Below are positions 1 to 13,456 of a stretch of DNA of 64,000 bases, in pieces; position 1 is the stretch's first letter; each line of letters starts with the position of its first letter. The stretch spans positions 682,001 to 746,000 of the forward strand of contig NEEC01000007.1 of the NCBI GenBank assembly GCA_002189035.1. The letters are read 5' to 3'. Made by a program: the position numbers and the translations under genes. The notes under the pieces were generated by a model, which worked only from the letters and a program-made list of their open reading frames with translations, was not told where the DNA came from and searched no databases. The stretch comes from Utricularia gibba. Its lineage: Eukaryota; Plantae; Magnoliophyta.

Positions 1-394
1 TTTTTTATAGTGTAAAATTGTGATGCCCACGATCCGCGGATGACCACAAGACCATTGAAGGCAGCATTCGCTGCTCCTACAGAAATCTCTCTCTCCCGTC
101 TTTAAGTTTTGGTTTCACCACTCCTTTTCAAAGCTTGTTTCTGGGGACCCTTTGTTTTCCCATTGAGGCTTTCATTGGATTCTTTCTGCTTTGGGTTTGC
201 ATTGCTCCGATTTTCGCCTTTTTCTCGTTTTGAGGAAGGTCATTCCTTTTGCTTCTTTGTGGCATTGCGAATCACGGGTTCTGTTTGTAGTCCTTCTTTT
301 ACAGACCCTGACTGAGAAAAAAAAGAAAAACGAACTCTTTGAATTTTTACCGTTAATGTCTCTGTCCGTTGGAGGTGTTTCTGGCTCTGAAACC

Positions 395-1820
395 ATGGGG
401 TATGACGACAAAAAGGAGGAAGAGATGAATCCGGGTTCGGAGGGGAACAAATCTGGGCCTGGGTTGCAGAATCCTGATCCGGAAATTGCGCCCGAAACTG
501 GAGGTGGGGTTAGCCGGCAAATGAGTGAAAATTCTTTGTATACGACAGACGATGAAGATGATGAGGAGACTGAATCGAGGATTCAGTTGGGCCCTCAGTG
601 TACTCTAAAGGAATTGTCTGAAAAGGACAAGGTTTGTTCGTATGCTTGTTGTGTTTTATCTCTCTTAACATTTCCGCCTCTTTTCCTGCTTGATTTCGGT
701 TTCCATTGAGGTTTCAGGACGATGAGAGCTTGAGGAGATGGAAGGAACAACTTCTTGGCACTGTGGATATGGAATCTGTTGGAGGTTGTTAGTTTTTTTA
801 TTTTTCTGTATCTTGAGTTCCTTGCTCATTGTTAAAGTTTTTCAAAATGTATTGACAGAGCTTGGCATGGTTTACTAGTTGCAAAACTAGATTGCTACAC
901 CAAGAGTTACCATTGAGGTTTAAAACATCAGTTTGATAACAAAACGCGTGTAGCAAATTCTTTATTTTTCATCGCTAGAACCAATCCAAGGAAGTCTGTG
1001 GACAAGTTAGGGGTTTAAGCTGGCACATAATTGTGTTGCTACATTGATCCCTTCCATTGAGTTGATTGATGATTGCTTCATTTGGCCAACTGATACTTCA
1101 ATGTGCTCTGATTTCTAGAGATTTGTAACCAAATCCTTATTTCTTCTGTTTTGAAGAAACACTTGACCCTGAAGTGAAGATCCTGAGCCTTGCCATCAAA
1201 TCTCCCGGTAGGCAAGACATTGTTCTTCCGATTCCTGAAACTGGAAACCCGAAAGGTACATGGTTCGTGTTGAAAGAGGGGAGCCATTATAGTCTTCAGT
1301 TTACATTTAGAGTCAGCAACAACATTGTATCCGGCCTCAAGTATAAGAACACTGTTTGGAAAACCAGCATCAAAGGTTCGTTTCCCATCTCCACTTTCAT
1401 AGTTCAGAGTCTGAGAAGCAGATGTTGAATCCATATCTTATCTCACCTTTGTTTCAGTGGATCACAACAAAGAGATGATTGGAACCTTCAGTCCTCAGTC
1501 TGAACCTTACACACATGAAATGCCAGAGGAGACCACTCCTTCTGGCTTATTCGCCCGGGATCTTATTCAGCAAGAACACTGGTAATTCATTTTCACCTGA
1601 TATGAAGCATGTACTAGCTGAATATGAGCAGAAAATGTCCACAAATTGATTACTTATGAACTCTGTTCTCCTTGGTTTAACCTCCACATGATATATTTCT
1701 GGGGAAAGAGCAGTGACATGATGATGCTTATGCTGTGTGCAGTTTGTTGATGATGATGACAGATGCTACTTGGAACTCAACTACACATTTGACATCAAGA
1801 AGGAATGGCAGACAATATGA
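395..1820 (+). CDS. Rho GDP-dissociation inhibitor (RopGDI), 5 exons
   Basis: Exons 395-631, 718-784, 1157-1375, 1458-1581, 1743-1820 with GT-AG introns. Motifs QLGPQCTLKE, DDESLRRWKEQLLG, GLKYKNTVWK, EETTPSG and NYTFDIKKEW match the plant RhoGDI family. One G is missing in the G run at 1557-1559 (ARG-SYSART frame). Confidence 0.93.
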
Positions 1821-1948
1821 TCCAATGTTTCTAGAAGAATGTAGCTTCTGTTGTGCTGAACATCAACATGCTTCATCTTTAGACTATGTTTTACGGTGCT
1901 TTTGTGATAACTTTTAGACTGAAGAGAATTTGATCCCTTTTGCTTTGT

Positions 1949-2045
1949 TGGGCTTTTTAAACGGGCCGATAGGTTGTTACTTAATTGGGCTTCGTAAAGA
2001 AAATATACTAATTGAAAGGGCCCCGCCCCGTTACTTTGTTGGGCC
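1949..2045. promoter_or_regulatory. Site II (TGGGCY) cluster upstream of PUR3
   Basis: TGGGCT at 1949 and 1986 and TGGGCC at 2040, 315-410 bp before the ATG. Typical of housekeeping and proliferation gene promoters. Confidence 0.5.
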
Positions 2046-2360
2046 GTTTCGGACGGAACTCACGACTCACGCCTATCAATTCTAACGGTCCGATACATTG
2101 AGCGCCGGCGATGATTTACAGTCGACGGAATAGCAGCATCCTGTGATCAGGGTTCCTTATTCTCGCGGCGGCTGGTTTTTGTCTGGGCGACGGGAAACAG
2201 GTTCTTGTTCAACTTCTGCTCTGCGTTTTCGGAAATCAGGGAGAATAGCAGCTGGAAATAGGGAGATTGTTGTTACATATTAGGTCTAGTTTTGAAGCAT
2301 AAGGAAAGGCGTTGGTGTATGGTTAAGGAATTCATTCATACGTAAATACGCGTTCTTCTA

Positions 2361-3913
2361 ATGGAAGCGCAACGTTTAAGTTTCGGTAGCCACTTAGCTG
2401 GAGGTTTTTCTGCAGTTCAATCGCAAAAAAGACATGTGGTGGCAGTATTATCTCCTCCGCTTTCTCCCAGTTTTCAAACACGTAAGTGGGCCTCCATCAG
2501 GAGTTGTAGTTCTGTTCGACCAGAAACTCTACCAGACAAAGGGGATTCGGAGTTTAGAAGCAATGTCTTCACTCGAGGGAGTTTAAGCTCAGAGAAGAAT
2601 GATAAGCGAGCTGTTATTAGAAGGAAGAATTTGGCTGTGTTTGTGTCTGGAGGAGGCTCCAATTTTAAGTCCATTTATGAAGCAACGCTCAATGGGTGTG
2701 TACATGGTGATGTTGTTGTCCTGGTTACCAACAAAAAAGGTTGGCTTTTGAATTCATGCCTTCTCCATTTTCATTCATTTGCCTTCATGCCATAATTGAG
2801 GCATGCTCTCTATGCTCTGCTTGAATTTTCGAAGTAGCTATTTTTCTTATGGTATCGATTTGGATTTCAAATTGCTGAAAGTTCAATTCTTTTTCACATC
2901 GTGTGATGCTTGCAGATTGTGGTGGTGCAGAGTATGCACGTCAACATGGTATCCCTATTATACTCTTTCCTATAAAGAATGAGACTTATTCTGCTGATGA
3001 CCTTGTAATGGCGCTGAGGTTAGAAGTCTCTGAATGCTGTTTACATTGTCTTGTTGATTCTGAAATCCAGACGCTTGAACAGCTTTTTTGTTATCTCTGA
3101 AGCTTACTCTTATTCACAATGAGATGATGAAGATGGCTTTTTTTTTGTGAAGCATTGTTTCTTGCAATTCTTGTGCCTTCTAGAAATTAAAACGAAATTC
3201 TCGCATATATGCTTTAAAAGCTCGTTCTCTGTCTTAATAACAGTGATGTTTTCTACTACATACCACCATGTGGCATTATCTTTCATCTGTTTTTACATTC
3301 TGATCATCAGATCATTCAATGTTGACTTCATTCTTCTAGCGGGGTATCTGAAGATTGTTCCCACCGAGGTGATCAAGGCATACCCTAATTCCATTGTCAA
3401 TATTCATCCTTCCCTTCTTCCAGCCTTCGGCGGAAAAGGTTATTACGGCATGAATGTTCACAGAGCCGTCATCGCATCTGGAGCCAGGTGAATGACTCCA
3501 TCCACTTCTCCTTGTCGGGTGACATCTCAAAGCATGGATTGTTTCTAGCTCAACTTATCCTGTCACCAGAAGATCCTCACGTATTGTGTAGGTACTCTGG
3601 GGTGACGATTCACTACGTCGATGAGGAATACGACACAGGACGTATCATCGCCCAAAGGGTCGTTCCTGTGCTTGCCACAGACACAGCTGAGGAGCTAGCT
3701 GCCAGAGTTCTTCATGAGGTACGTCTAACTCTTCCTTGATCAGCCTCGCTCATTGCACCTTTCTGAAAAGGCCGTTTGACCTCAACTTTGAATCTTCAGG
3801 AACACAAGCTCTATGTTGAGGTATCAGCAGCGTTATGTGACGAAAGAATCGTCTGGCGAGACGATGGTGTGCCATTCATACAAAGCATAGGAAATCCTGA
3901 CCAGCTTCTGTAG
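2361..3913 (+). CDS. PUR3: Phosphoribosylglycinamide formyltransferase (PurN), organelle-targeted, 5 exons
   Basis: Ser/Arg-rich N-terminal extension, then LAVFVSGGGSNF, LAGYLK, NIHPSLLPAFGGKGYYG, GVTIHYVDEEYDTG and EHKLY. All exons splice in frame. Confidence 0.95.
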
Positions 3914-3924
3914 TATAACATGTT

Positions 3925-4330
3925 GGAATCCTTCGCAAACTCGGCCAATTCATTTTTCTCCGTGACTTGCTTTTGTAGTTCCAACTCTTTCCCATTCAGC
4001 TTCCTATGATATTCAGCCACTTTTTTGTCCAAGTTATGACTTGAACCTATACTCTCCCACCCTTCTTGGAGCTTTCTTCCCCACCCCTGCATATCTTTCT
4101 TCTGCTTCACAATAATGTGCATCAACTCTCGGAAATGGTAAAGAAAATCAGGAATACAAAAGAAAAGCTACACCAACGCCATCAAGGCAAGATGTTTGAT
4201 CTCCAAATGGATCTACACATATTTAGAAATGAAGGACAGATTTTCCTTACACTCAACTTCCCAGAAATTCCTTTCCAATTCTATGCCCTGCTTATTCATC
4301 GCCGCGAATTCTGCATCAACTTCTTTTTTT
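3925..4330 (-). pseudogene. Degraded fragment of a CROWDED NUCLEI/NMCP-type coiled-coil gene
   Basis: VDAEFAAMNKQGIELERNFWEVECKENL and KQKKDMQGWGRKLQEGWESI...GKELELQKQV resemble my recollection of CRWN1/NMCP1 (DAKLAEVSRKSSDVERKAKEVEARESSL...KQREDLREWERKLQEGEERV...KGKELEEAQKKI). The two blocks are separated by an intron-like 93 nt with two in-frame stops. Only about 100 codons of a >1000-aa protein remain. Confidence 0.55.
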
Positions 4331-5524
4331 CTGACAACGAAAACCTCAACAGCATAGCACTTCGCACACATCGAAGTGCGACCGACGAGCAAATGCAAGA
4401 TCGTGGGCAATGCGTACCTTAAGAGAACTCTCGAAGTCGACTGGGCAATGGCAAGTTGACTTGGACGGACCATCACGACGACTCTGGACGCAAAAAGGAA
4501 AGGCAAATTAGGGTTGATAAGATTATACCCCATTATCCAACACATTTAGGGGCGACTGTCCTCACGCGCCCTAACATAAACAAAAATGAAGTTTAGACAT
4601 AATAGAAATAAATATTAATGTTTACATATATTTAGAAAAAAAGCAAATATAATTAATACATATTATATAATGAAAAATATACCAAAAAAAATCATATTCC
4701 ATACCTAACACCAATGTTTAAAAATGAATTATTATATCGTTTTAAACGACAAATTATTCATGATAATGATTGAATTAAATTCGAATAAAAATCTGTAAAT
4801 AATTATTTTTAACATTTAAATCACGCTTTAAAACTTAAAAAAAGTTATAGTGAAATGGACCAATCGCCTTTCTTCGAACGGGAGACTTACTATTCGTTCA
4901 CGCATTTGATTATAAAATACAAGAAAAATCACGGTCCATCTACTGAGTCCTGCTCATTTTGCAGTGTTTTTCACCTGAAAGCTCCTTCTGTTCCAAGAAT
5001 TTTTCCCGGTGTTCCATGATTTTGAATTTTCCTGGGTATTTTATGTGGTAACAAATTCCGAGCCACAAGCTTGATTTGGCTGTTGTCGGAGCTGAATTGA
5101 CTTGGGTAAAAGATTTGGAGGATTGAGGCGTAGATCGAAGGTGGGTTTTTACCTTTGTTAGTTCGTGGTTTGAGGCTTCTGGGTTTTGATATTGTAGCTT
5201 GTTCTTGGAGGAAATATGGTTTATATTGGTTGCAAAATTTTAGAATTTGGTCAACTCTTGTGTGATTAGCGGCTCAATTTGGTTTCTTGTTTTCTGGTTT
5301 TGGGTATTATGTAAAGTTTTCCGTTTCACTGAAACGTTGATGGAACCATCTGCTTGAAATTTTACCGTTATGCATTTGTTTGAAGCAACTACCTTTATCC
5401 CTGTTTTTGTGGCATAAAAAGCGAAGAACATGCATTGTTTGTAACCAAGTTTGTTTATTCTGTATTAGGTTATTTTTGAATTTTAGGTTATGTGGGTTGC
5501 TTTTCTACACTAGATTGATGAAGT

Positions 5525-7182
5525 ATGTATCAGCCTAAGGCTGTTCCTAGTGTAAACACCAGCCCAGTGATCATACACCAGCCCTTGAACTGTGGCAGCA
5601 GTATAATGGATCCTACCATTGGAGGGAATGGTGGGAATAATAGCTCTAATTTGGCATCTAAGCAGAGGCTCCGCTGGACACATGAGCTACATGAACAATT
5701 TGTCGATGCAGTGGCGCAGCTTGGTGGACCAGACAGTGAGTTTTTTTTCTTCAAAAAGATGTTTAAACACATGTGATTAGGTTAGGACTTGGTTGGCTGC
5801 TAGGGTTTACTTGAGTTCTACTCTTGACAACTTTAATCCGGCAATGAGCTTTATTTTTTGTACTCCCAAATTCTCCATCCAAGCCGTGTAGAGACCGATA
5901 TAGTGGTAGGAATAAGCAGCAATTCATTTCCTTAGTGCATAGCTATATCAGTTATATGAAGGTAGTGACGGTTAAGTGAGAAGAAGCAGGAGTCTATAGA
6001 CTAACATCGGCATGTTAATTTTTCTTATTCTATTTCTTCTCTTCCAGGGGCTACTCCTAAGGGAGTCCTCCGAATCATGGGTATTCAAGGTCTCACAATT
6101 TACCATGTGAAAAGCCATCTGCAGGTAGTTCAAATATCACTTTTTTTTAGTATCAATTTTCTTCCTTTTTTTTAATAATTTCACTAATTCTGTTGATGAT
6201 ACAGAAGTACCGTCTTGCCAAGTACCTTCCTGATCCGTCAGCTGATGGTTGGTTTCTTAGTTTCGTTGATTGTTTTTTTGTTACTTAACTGATTTGGTGA
6301 CTTATGGTGGCCGTTTGGTGTTTAAAGGGCAAAAGGCAGAAAAAAAGGAGCCTGGAGATGTGCTTTCTATGCTTGATAGTTCATCGTAAGTTGCATTTAC
6401 GTCTCCTTTTTGCTCGGGCCTGTTCTTTTGATATGGAAACTTTTCATAAACTGATTCCATGTAGAAATATGTCCATTTCCCTTCTTAAGGTTCTTGTACG
6501 TATCATTTGTGAAGCCGGTTACTAGCCTGATAGTCCATGGCTTATTGTGTTTACTGTATCGGTGCATTTGATGGTTTATATGATTAATAAGCGAATCAAG
6601 GTAAAGCAGCGTGGACTGCTCTGTTGATGGCTCGCTTATCCGTTTTTCTTGCAGTGGAATGCAAATATCTGAAGCCCTGAAGCTGCAGATGGAGGTGCAG
6701 AGACGACTCCATGAGCAGTTGGAGGTACACTCATGTTTAAGCCTTACATTTCCCTTACAGTGTTTCTTTAATATTTTTTTGATTTGAGATTCATTCAAAA
6801 GGTACAAAGACAGCTACAATTACGAATCGAAGCACAGGGGAAGTACTTGAAGAAGATAATCGAAGAACAACAGCGACTCAGTGGAGTTCTCTCAGAATCA
6901 CCAGCCTCAGGGTCATCTATGGCAGGCCTTGATCCTGAAAAGACTCATCCAACAACCCCTGTGCCAACATCCGAATCTCCATTCCTCGAAAATCCTGAAA
7001 AAGAACATGCTCTTGGCCATGATGAATCCTTCTCCTCTCAGCATCAGCTTCCAACTTGTGATTCCAATCACCAAGCTGATACACCAGCTGCCAGGCTAGT
7101 GAAAAGGCAGCGAATGATCAATGATTCTTCATTTGCAAAACAGAGTATTGAACCGAGCTTGAATCCACCACACCCTCTGTAA
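5525..7182 (+). CDS. MYB-CC (PHR1-like, PHL7-type) transcription factor, 6 exons
   Basis: GARP MYB domain [31 protein letters not shown]...HVKSHLQKYR and coiled-coil [34 protein letters not shown]. Splice sites are in frame. Confidence 0.93.
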
Positions 7183-8208
7183 GAACTCAATACCATTACT
7201 CAGCATTCCCTTGCCTACTCAATCTGATGTTGCTTAGAGAGATGCAAAATGCTGTGCTGCATATCAATTGTATGTATGGAAGATACTTGCATAATTTCTT
7301 GAAAATGGTAGCTTGTGAGCATGTTGGTTGTTTAAAATCAGTGGCAATGAGAATCAAATGTGTATAGAAGAATTTTCTATGACAGCAAGAGCTTAAACCA
7401 GAAGGGAATGATGAAACAGAAGAAAAGTGCTGTGTTTCACAGTAAACAGGGAAGCTGAAAACAACTATTCTTAAACTTAGAGCGTACTTTTAACAAGCAG
7501 TAGCAGCAGAATAAACATGTCATTTAAATAAATACATTTGGATGGGATTAAACAAAATCTTTTCTAAACTTATTTCAACTTGTAGAATAAACATGATTTA
7601 TTATTATTCTTTTTTTTTTTACAACTCCAATTGTGACTAGCCGTTGATTTAACTTCTACATTTTTTTAATTATATTCATTTAAAAAATTTAAAAAAAAGC
7701 ACTGGAAATGATATTAATTCAGTAATTTGTGTTTAAAGTAATAAGAATGTGCTAAAAATCCGGGTTTTTTTAAAGATTTTGAGCATGTCCTGCCGCGTCG
7801 GCGAGTCCGAAGGTAAAACGGTTTTTGAACACGTCAGCAGGAGAGGACTGGCTGGTTCCATTTTGACTGCTCAAATCGCCCAGAAATGGCGAATGCACTC
7901 TCAGCATTCTTAGGTCCTCCTTCCTCGTCTAAGAAGGCGTAGGATAACTCTGGTTTACAATTCGACTTCGTGTTTGTCGATTTGTTTGTGCTTTTTGATG
8001 AGGAAAAAGTTAGGACCAAAGACGTAAGCGCGTGAGACACACCCCACACTGTACGTGATACCAAACCCTTCCTGGTTATCTTCTGCCGCGATCTTGTGTT
8101 TATGTTCTTGAATTACTGGGATTGTGTTTTGATTATTATTTTTTTTTGCGCTTGTAATTTGGGTGAAACGATTAGTTCTTTTAGCAGGAAGAAATAATTT
8201 GTCAAGCT

Positions 8209-10242
8209 ATGAACTCAAGTGCTCCGTCGTCCAGTGCTGGGCCTTGGATCTGCCGATGCTCCTGTATCCCGCAGGAATTCGAAGCGACCCAAGTGTAAAT
8301 TTCTTCCGTTCTCTGCTGACTAGTGGAATCTTTGCTGTCAGAAACGTTCATTTTTTAATCGATCTATGTTTTTTAGTACGGATGATATCATCTAGTATTC
8401 AATTTGAGAATTATTACCCTGTAACTTCTTGTATTCTGTAGCTTTACATTTTAGAAATTTTCTGCAATCCGTAGTTCTGAATAGGTAGCGTTTTTTATTT
8501 CTTGATTTGATCGTAGGAGCATAAAAGAAGCTGATGCGTTCGTTTGCTTCTTGAACTTGATCACTTTTGAGACTTTTTTTCTCCTATTTTGTTTTTTCCA
8601 TTCACCCTCAGATTCAAGGTTTACGCAACAAGAACTGCCGGCATGCAAGCCTATTCTTACTCCTAAATGGGTGAGTGTTTTAATTTATGAACATCATAGC
8701 CCCGGCTCCAGATTGGGATTGCTTGGTTTGACTTTGTTATCGATGCAGATTATATCAACATTCTTGCTTGTTAGCGTCGTGTTCATTCCAGTTGGAGTCG
8801 TTGCACTCTTTGCTTCTCGAGATGTATGTTTTGGTGAATGATATGCAGATATATATACTTTTTATTTTTTAGTTGGCTTATTTTTAATCCCTGTGTCATG
8901 TAGATTGTTGAAATTGTTGACCGTTACGATGCGGAATGCATTCCTAGACATTTTAGAAATGACACACTGGCTTATATCCAAGGCCCTGAAGACAAAACCT
9001 GCAATAGGACTCTTAGGGTGAGCTGCTTTTTCATGGCATGTTATTACTGTTCGTATGCTGGACTGGGGATGTTTTTGTTTATTACCATGTCTGTCAATAA
9101 ATTCTGATTGATTTGTGTGACAGAATTACTTTGTGAGTTTCAGGTGACAAAACATATGAGGCATCCAATTTTTGTTTATTACCAGCTTGACGGTTTCTAT
9201 CAAAATCATCGCAGGTAGCCAAGTGCAAGCTTCTGCTTTATGTCACTGCATTGATTCTTACCCATTTTCACTTTCTCTGTGACATAATGCATCACGAGAT
9301 GTACATTGCTTTGGATTGCTTGATACTTTTAGATACGTAAGAAGCCGAAGTGATCAGCAGCTAAGAAATCCAGCAAGTCAAGCTACCACAGGACCCTGTA
9401 GTCCGGAGGGCACCACACCAGATGGGAATCCAATTGTTCCTTGTGGACTTATAGCATGGAGCCTTTTTAATGATACTTACAAATTAACTCATGGGAACCA
9501 GCAAGAATTGGCCATACACAAAAAAGGAATCTCATGGAAGAGTGATAGGGATCATAAATTTGGAAGAAATGTCTTTCCGCGTAACTTTCAGAATGGTACT
9601 TTAGTGGGTGGCGGAAGACTTGATCCGTCAATTCCCGTACGCATCCATTCCTCTATAGCTTTTCCAATTGCATGCGGTGTCTTGAGTGCATCCTTTCATG
9701 CCTGATTTTGTTTTGAATGATTTAGGAATGGAATGTTTCACCTAGAGTACATGGACTCGAATTCTTTTTTATAATATGCTTCTTTGACAGTTGAGTGAAC
9801 AAGAGGACCTCATAGTCTGGATGCGAACAGCTGCACTTCCTACATTCAGGAAGTTGTATGGCCGCATAGAGACCGACCTGCAAGCAGGGGATGTCATTCA
9901 TGTTACATTACAGAACAGGTATAACACTTACAGTTTCAATGGGAAGAAGAGACTTGTTCTTTCCACTGCTAGCTGGCTTGGAGGAAAAAATGATTTTGTG
10001 GGCATCGCATATCTTACTGTGGGTGGCTTGTGCTTTTTCTTGGCGATGGTTTTCTCACTCATTTATCTGATTAAACCAAGGTAGCAACCCCCCTCTAGCT
10101 TACATGTTCCCCATTTTTCTGTTAAAGCATTTGCGATTTAATGTAATATATCCCGACGCTATTTGGTCTTCTTCTCTGCACTCTCAGGCAACTTGGAGAT
10201 CCGTCTTATCTTTCCTGGAATCGGAACCCGGGTGGACGTTGA
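8209..10242 (+). CDS. ALIS: ALA-interacting subunit (ALIS, CDC50/LEM3 flippase beta subunit)
   Basis: [77 protein letters not shown] and [11 protein letters not shown]. Exon 1 (8209-8294) is out of frame, most simply at the G run 8239-8241. Confidence 0.93.
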
Positions 10243-10600
10243 TGTTTTGTAAGTATTCCGTGTTAGATGTTGTGCTTCAGTGCTACGGAAATGAAAGTTC
10301 GCTATCATGGATACATTTGTATGATATACTTACAAGATGCAACCACTGGATTCTGGTCTTAGGATGCTATGACTCAATATCTGTATTGCACTGCGGATCT
10401 ACTGAAATTGTATGGTTTGAAACGCTGTGCCTTCGTTATTCATATGCGTGGTTTCCCATTTTTCTACAAATTGATAAGCATTATGAATGTAAAGAAGGCA
10501 CAGGCATTGAAAAAATTTTCTATCACTGATCCGCTGGTAGAATCTGGCCTATTTTTAAGAACGTAGGATCCATAACATCCTTGAGGGAATCCATTATGCC

Positions 10601-12681
10601 TCATAACACTCTAACCAATATACTTGAGAGATACTCCCCTTGTGGATATGAAGGATCAATGGGATGATCGCAGGCTGCTCCAGATTGACGTAGGATTGTG
10701 ATCTTTCGACGGGCAGTGAATGCAGCACCCTGAAACACAATATGTTTAGCTTCAGTTCATTTGGTTCTGGAATTCAAGTTGGCTGCCGTATTTTGTTTTC
10801 CATCTCCATGGCAGATTTTTTGTCGTAGGTAAGTTCTAAGGAAGTTGGGGGATGTAAAGGACACTTACCTGTAGGATTGGCAGGAACACCCCACCTTGCG
10901 TTATTGCCCCAGAGCATGAGCAAGTCATCAGACATCCCCCTCTTCTTGTTACTTGCATTGCTAAGGAATTTAAATTCCTGCACATCCCAGATGCGTTTTG
11001 CATAGCCTGAAAAAAATTTTATGGTTCGAGGTAATAACCCTTAGATTTGCTTTTCAAGAATGGTTTTTGGACAGTGTGTACCTTTCTATTCGGAGCAAGT
11101 TTTGGTGGATCCAGAATTACCAAGTCCCATACATCACCTCTGGAGATTGCAGTCTTCAGAAAGTCTGTTGCATCTTGTCTTGTAAATGTTATCTCTCTGG
11201 AATCAAATTTATTTATGGTGATATTCTTCTTGGCAATATCCAGAGCAGGGGAAGATGAATCAACGCCTTCCCAGTAGTGAAAATAATCAAAATTCAAATG
11301 GGCAGGAATGAAGTTGCACAGCTTTGAAGAATGCAGGAAACTGAGGTATATGAAATTACCAGTTACACAGCGAGCTCCACCTGCTGCTGCACTAAGAGCA
11401 AAGCCTCCAGTGTAACAGCATATGTCCAGTACACTTTTGCCCTCAGAAATCGAAGATATGTAGGAACGGTTCTCACGTTGATCTGCATAAAACCCAGTTT
11501 TCTGACCCTCAGAAGACACCAAGTAAGAGATCCCATTCTCCACAACCTGGCTGTGAGAAAAGCATTAATGCACCAAATGGATTAAAGATGGAGCTGAGAA
11601 GTGCAAACTGGGTTATATCTGAATCACTTGGGAATACTGGCAGCTAATGAAATTGAAATGCAAAGTGCTGGATGGTTATACTTGTGACATTCTGGGGATT
11701 GTGATGCATCTGAATCTTCCATATCAGAAGAGGCCAATCCTTCCTGCTTCAGTAGTTCCTGGGATGGTCTCCACGTTATACTGTTGATGTTGTCTAATCT
11801 GCTGATACATTCCTTTATATGCTGTTTGTACTTCTCAACCCAAGCAGCAGATGAAGCAATGACAGCTTCGTCTCCGATAATATCGACAACAAGGCCGGAT
11901 AACCTGAAGCAGAGCACATCATTTCTAAACAAAACCAGAAGCAGCAGGTGGGCGCAAGTGCACAGAAGCACCACATACCTGTCTCCTTCACTATTGACAA
12001 GCCGGTAAACATTTGTTGCAGCAGAAGGAAGCCCAAGCTGCTCTCTTAGCGCAACAGCAGCATCAATCCTTGACTCCAGAAGGCGTGCTACATTCAATGC
12101 AGATGAAGGATCCCTGTTCCAGTGTAACATGATGATGCTCCAGTGAATATGAACCAAGTAGCAGTAAGAAGAGATACCGAGTGGCTTCATCTTCCAGCTG
12201 CATCAAGCGCACACAGAACATTGAAACTGAGTTATACATTCCCCAGCCTATGGGTTTCTCAGTTCCATCAGCGACGAGAACAACATCTCCAGTCGTAGGA
12301 GGTGGCCTTCCGATGATCCTGTCAACAGCACCACTGTAAACCATGGGGCTGCCATCTTTGAAAAGCTGAGCTTTCCCCTTCTTGAGTATAACCTTCGCTA
12401 TGCCTGAACGTTACCAAAACACAATTTAAAAGAATTCAATCCTCTGATTTCAGGTGCAGGAAAATGAATGTGCGAGTTTAGGGTATCCCGAAAAACCGAA
12501 TTTTTGAAACTACAAACTACGAAAATGGAAGCAAATGGGATGAATGGGGTAGCCGGAGTAACTACGAATTGGGAATACCCTTTGGGTGAGCGGTGGCAAT
12601 CTCTTGAAGACTGGCGGCGGCTGCGGCGGGAGCAGCTAGAGGAAGAGCTCTGGACATGAAAAAGCGAGCAGGAAGAACCAT
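10601..12681 (-). CDS. RlmI-like (PUA domain plus class I SAM) rRNA methyltransferase, multi-exon
   Basis: [67 protein letters not shown] and [14 protein letters not shown]. The start codon is uncertain (12681 or 12657). Confidence 0.88.
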
Positions 12682-13456
12682 CTGCGTTTCAGGAACTTGA
12701 AAACATCATTGGTATTTCCGCCGTCTGTAATTCACTCGGAACTCAGAAGAGAGGAAATTGGGCCGTGTATCTGGTATCTGCTTTCCTTTACATTTGGCCC
12801 ATGCTGTTAGGTCAAAAACTCGACCTTTTTGAACATTGCTGCCATTTGTAATATTTCGCGTTGAAGCAGGAAGCTTTTCAACAATGGAGTCGTCACACAG
12901 CCTGATGCTTTCTTGAGTCATATCCAATTTATCGCGATTTTGAATTGGGAATTTGCAATCTGCAATGGTGTCTCCAAAACATGGGAGGAGTTGATGATCC
13001 CTCACGTTAACAGGTTGCCTTTCCCTGAATCTATTTTCCAGAATCTCATCACTCTTTCCCTGGCCACTCCCCAGTTGAAATCGTCAACGACAAGAGTTTC
13101 CCTACCGTTAAACTCCAGGAGCTGGTTCTAGGCTACCGGTTCTCGAGGCATCACCTCGCAATATGGCTCCTTTATACACACAGTGGACAGCATCCATTCA
13201 AAAACTTGCAACTCCGAGCGAAGTACATATGATTTCTTGGTACATAGCAGGGCATCCAGCGCTTCCAGATGCGCTAAGATTACCCACTTCAAAAAACGAA
13301 ATCTTTTTTTACATAAACTCAAAAGCTTGTGTTCTCACCAGAGAACATCCCACAAGCCGAATAGCTTAAGCTCGTGCTTTATGGAGGAGCAGGGGACTGT
13401 TCTCTAACCTTCAGTTAACTTAAGATTGGTTGGTATAGCTTATTGACCAGTAAAGC

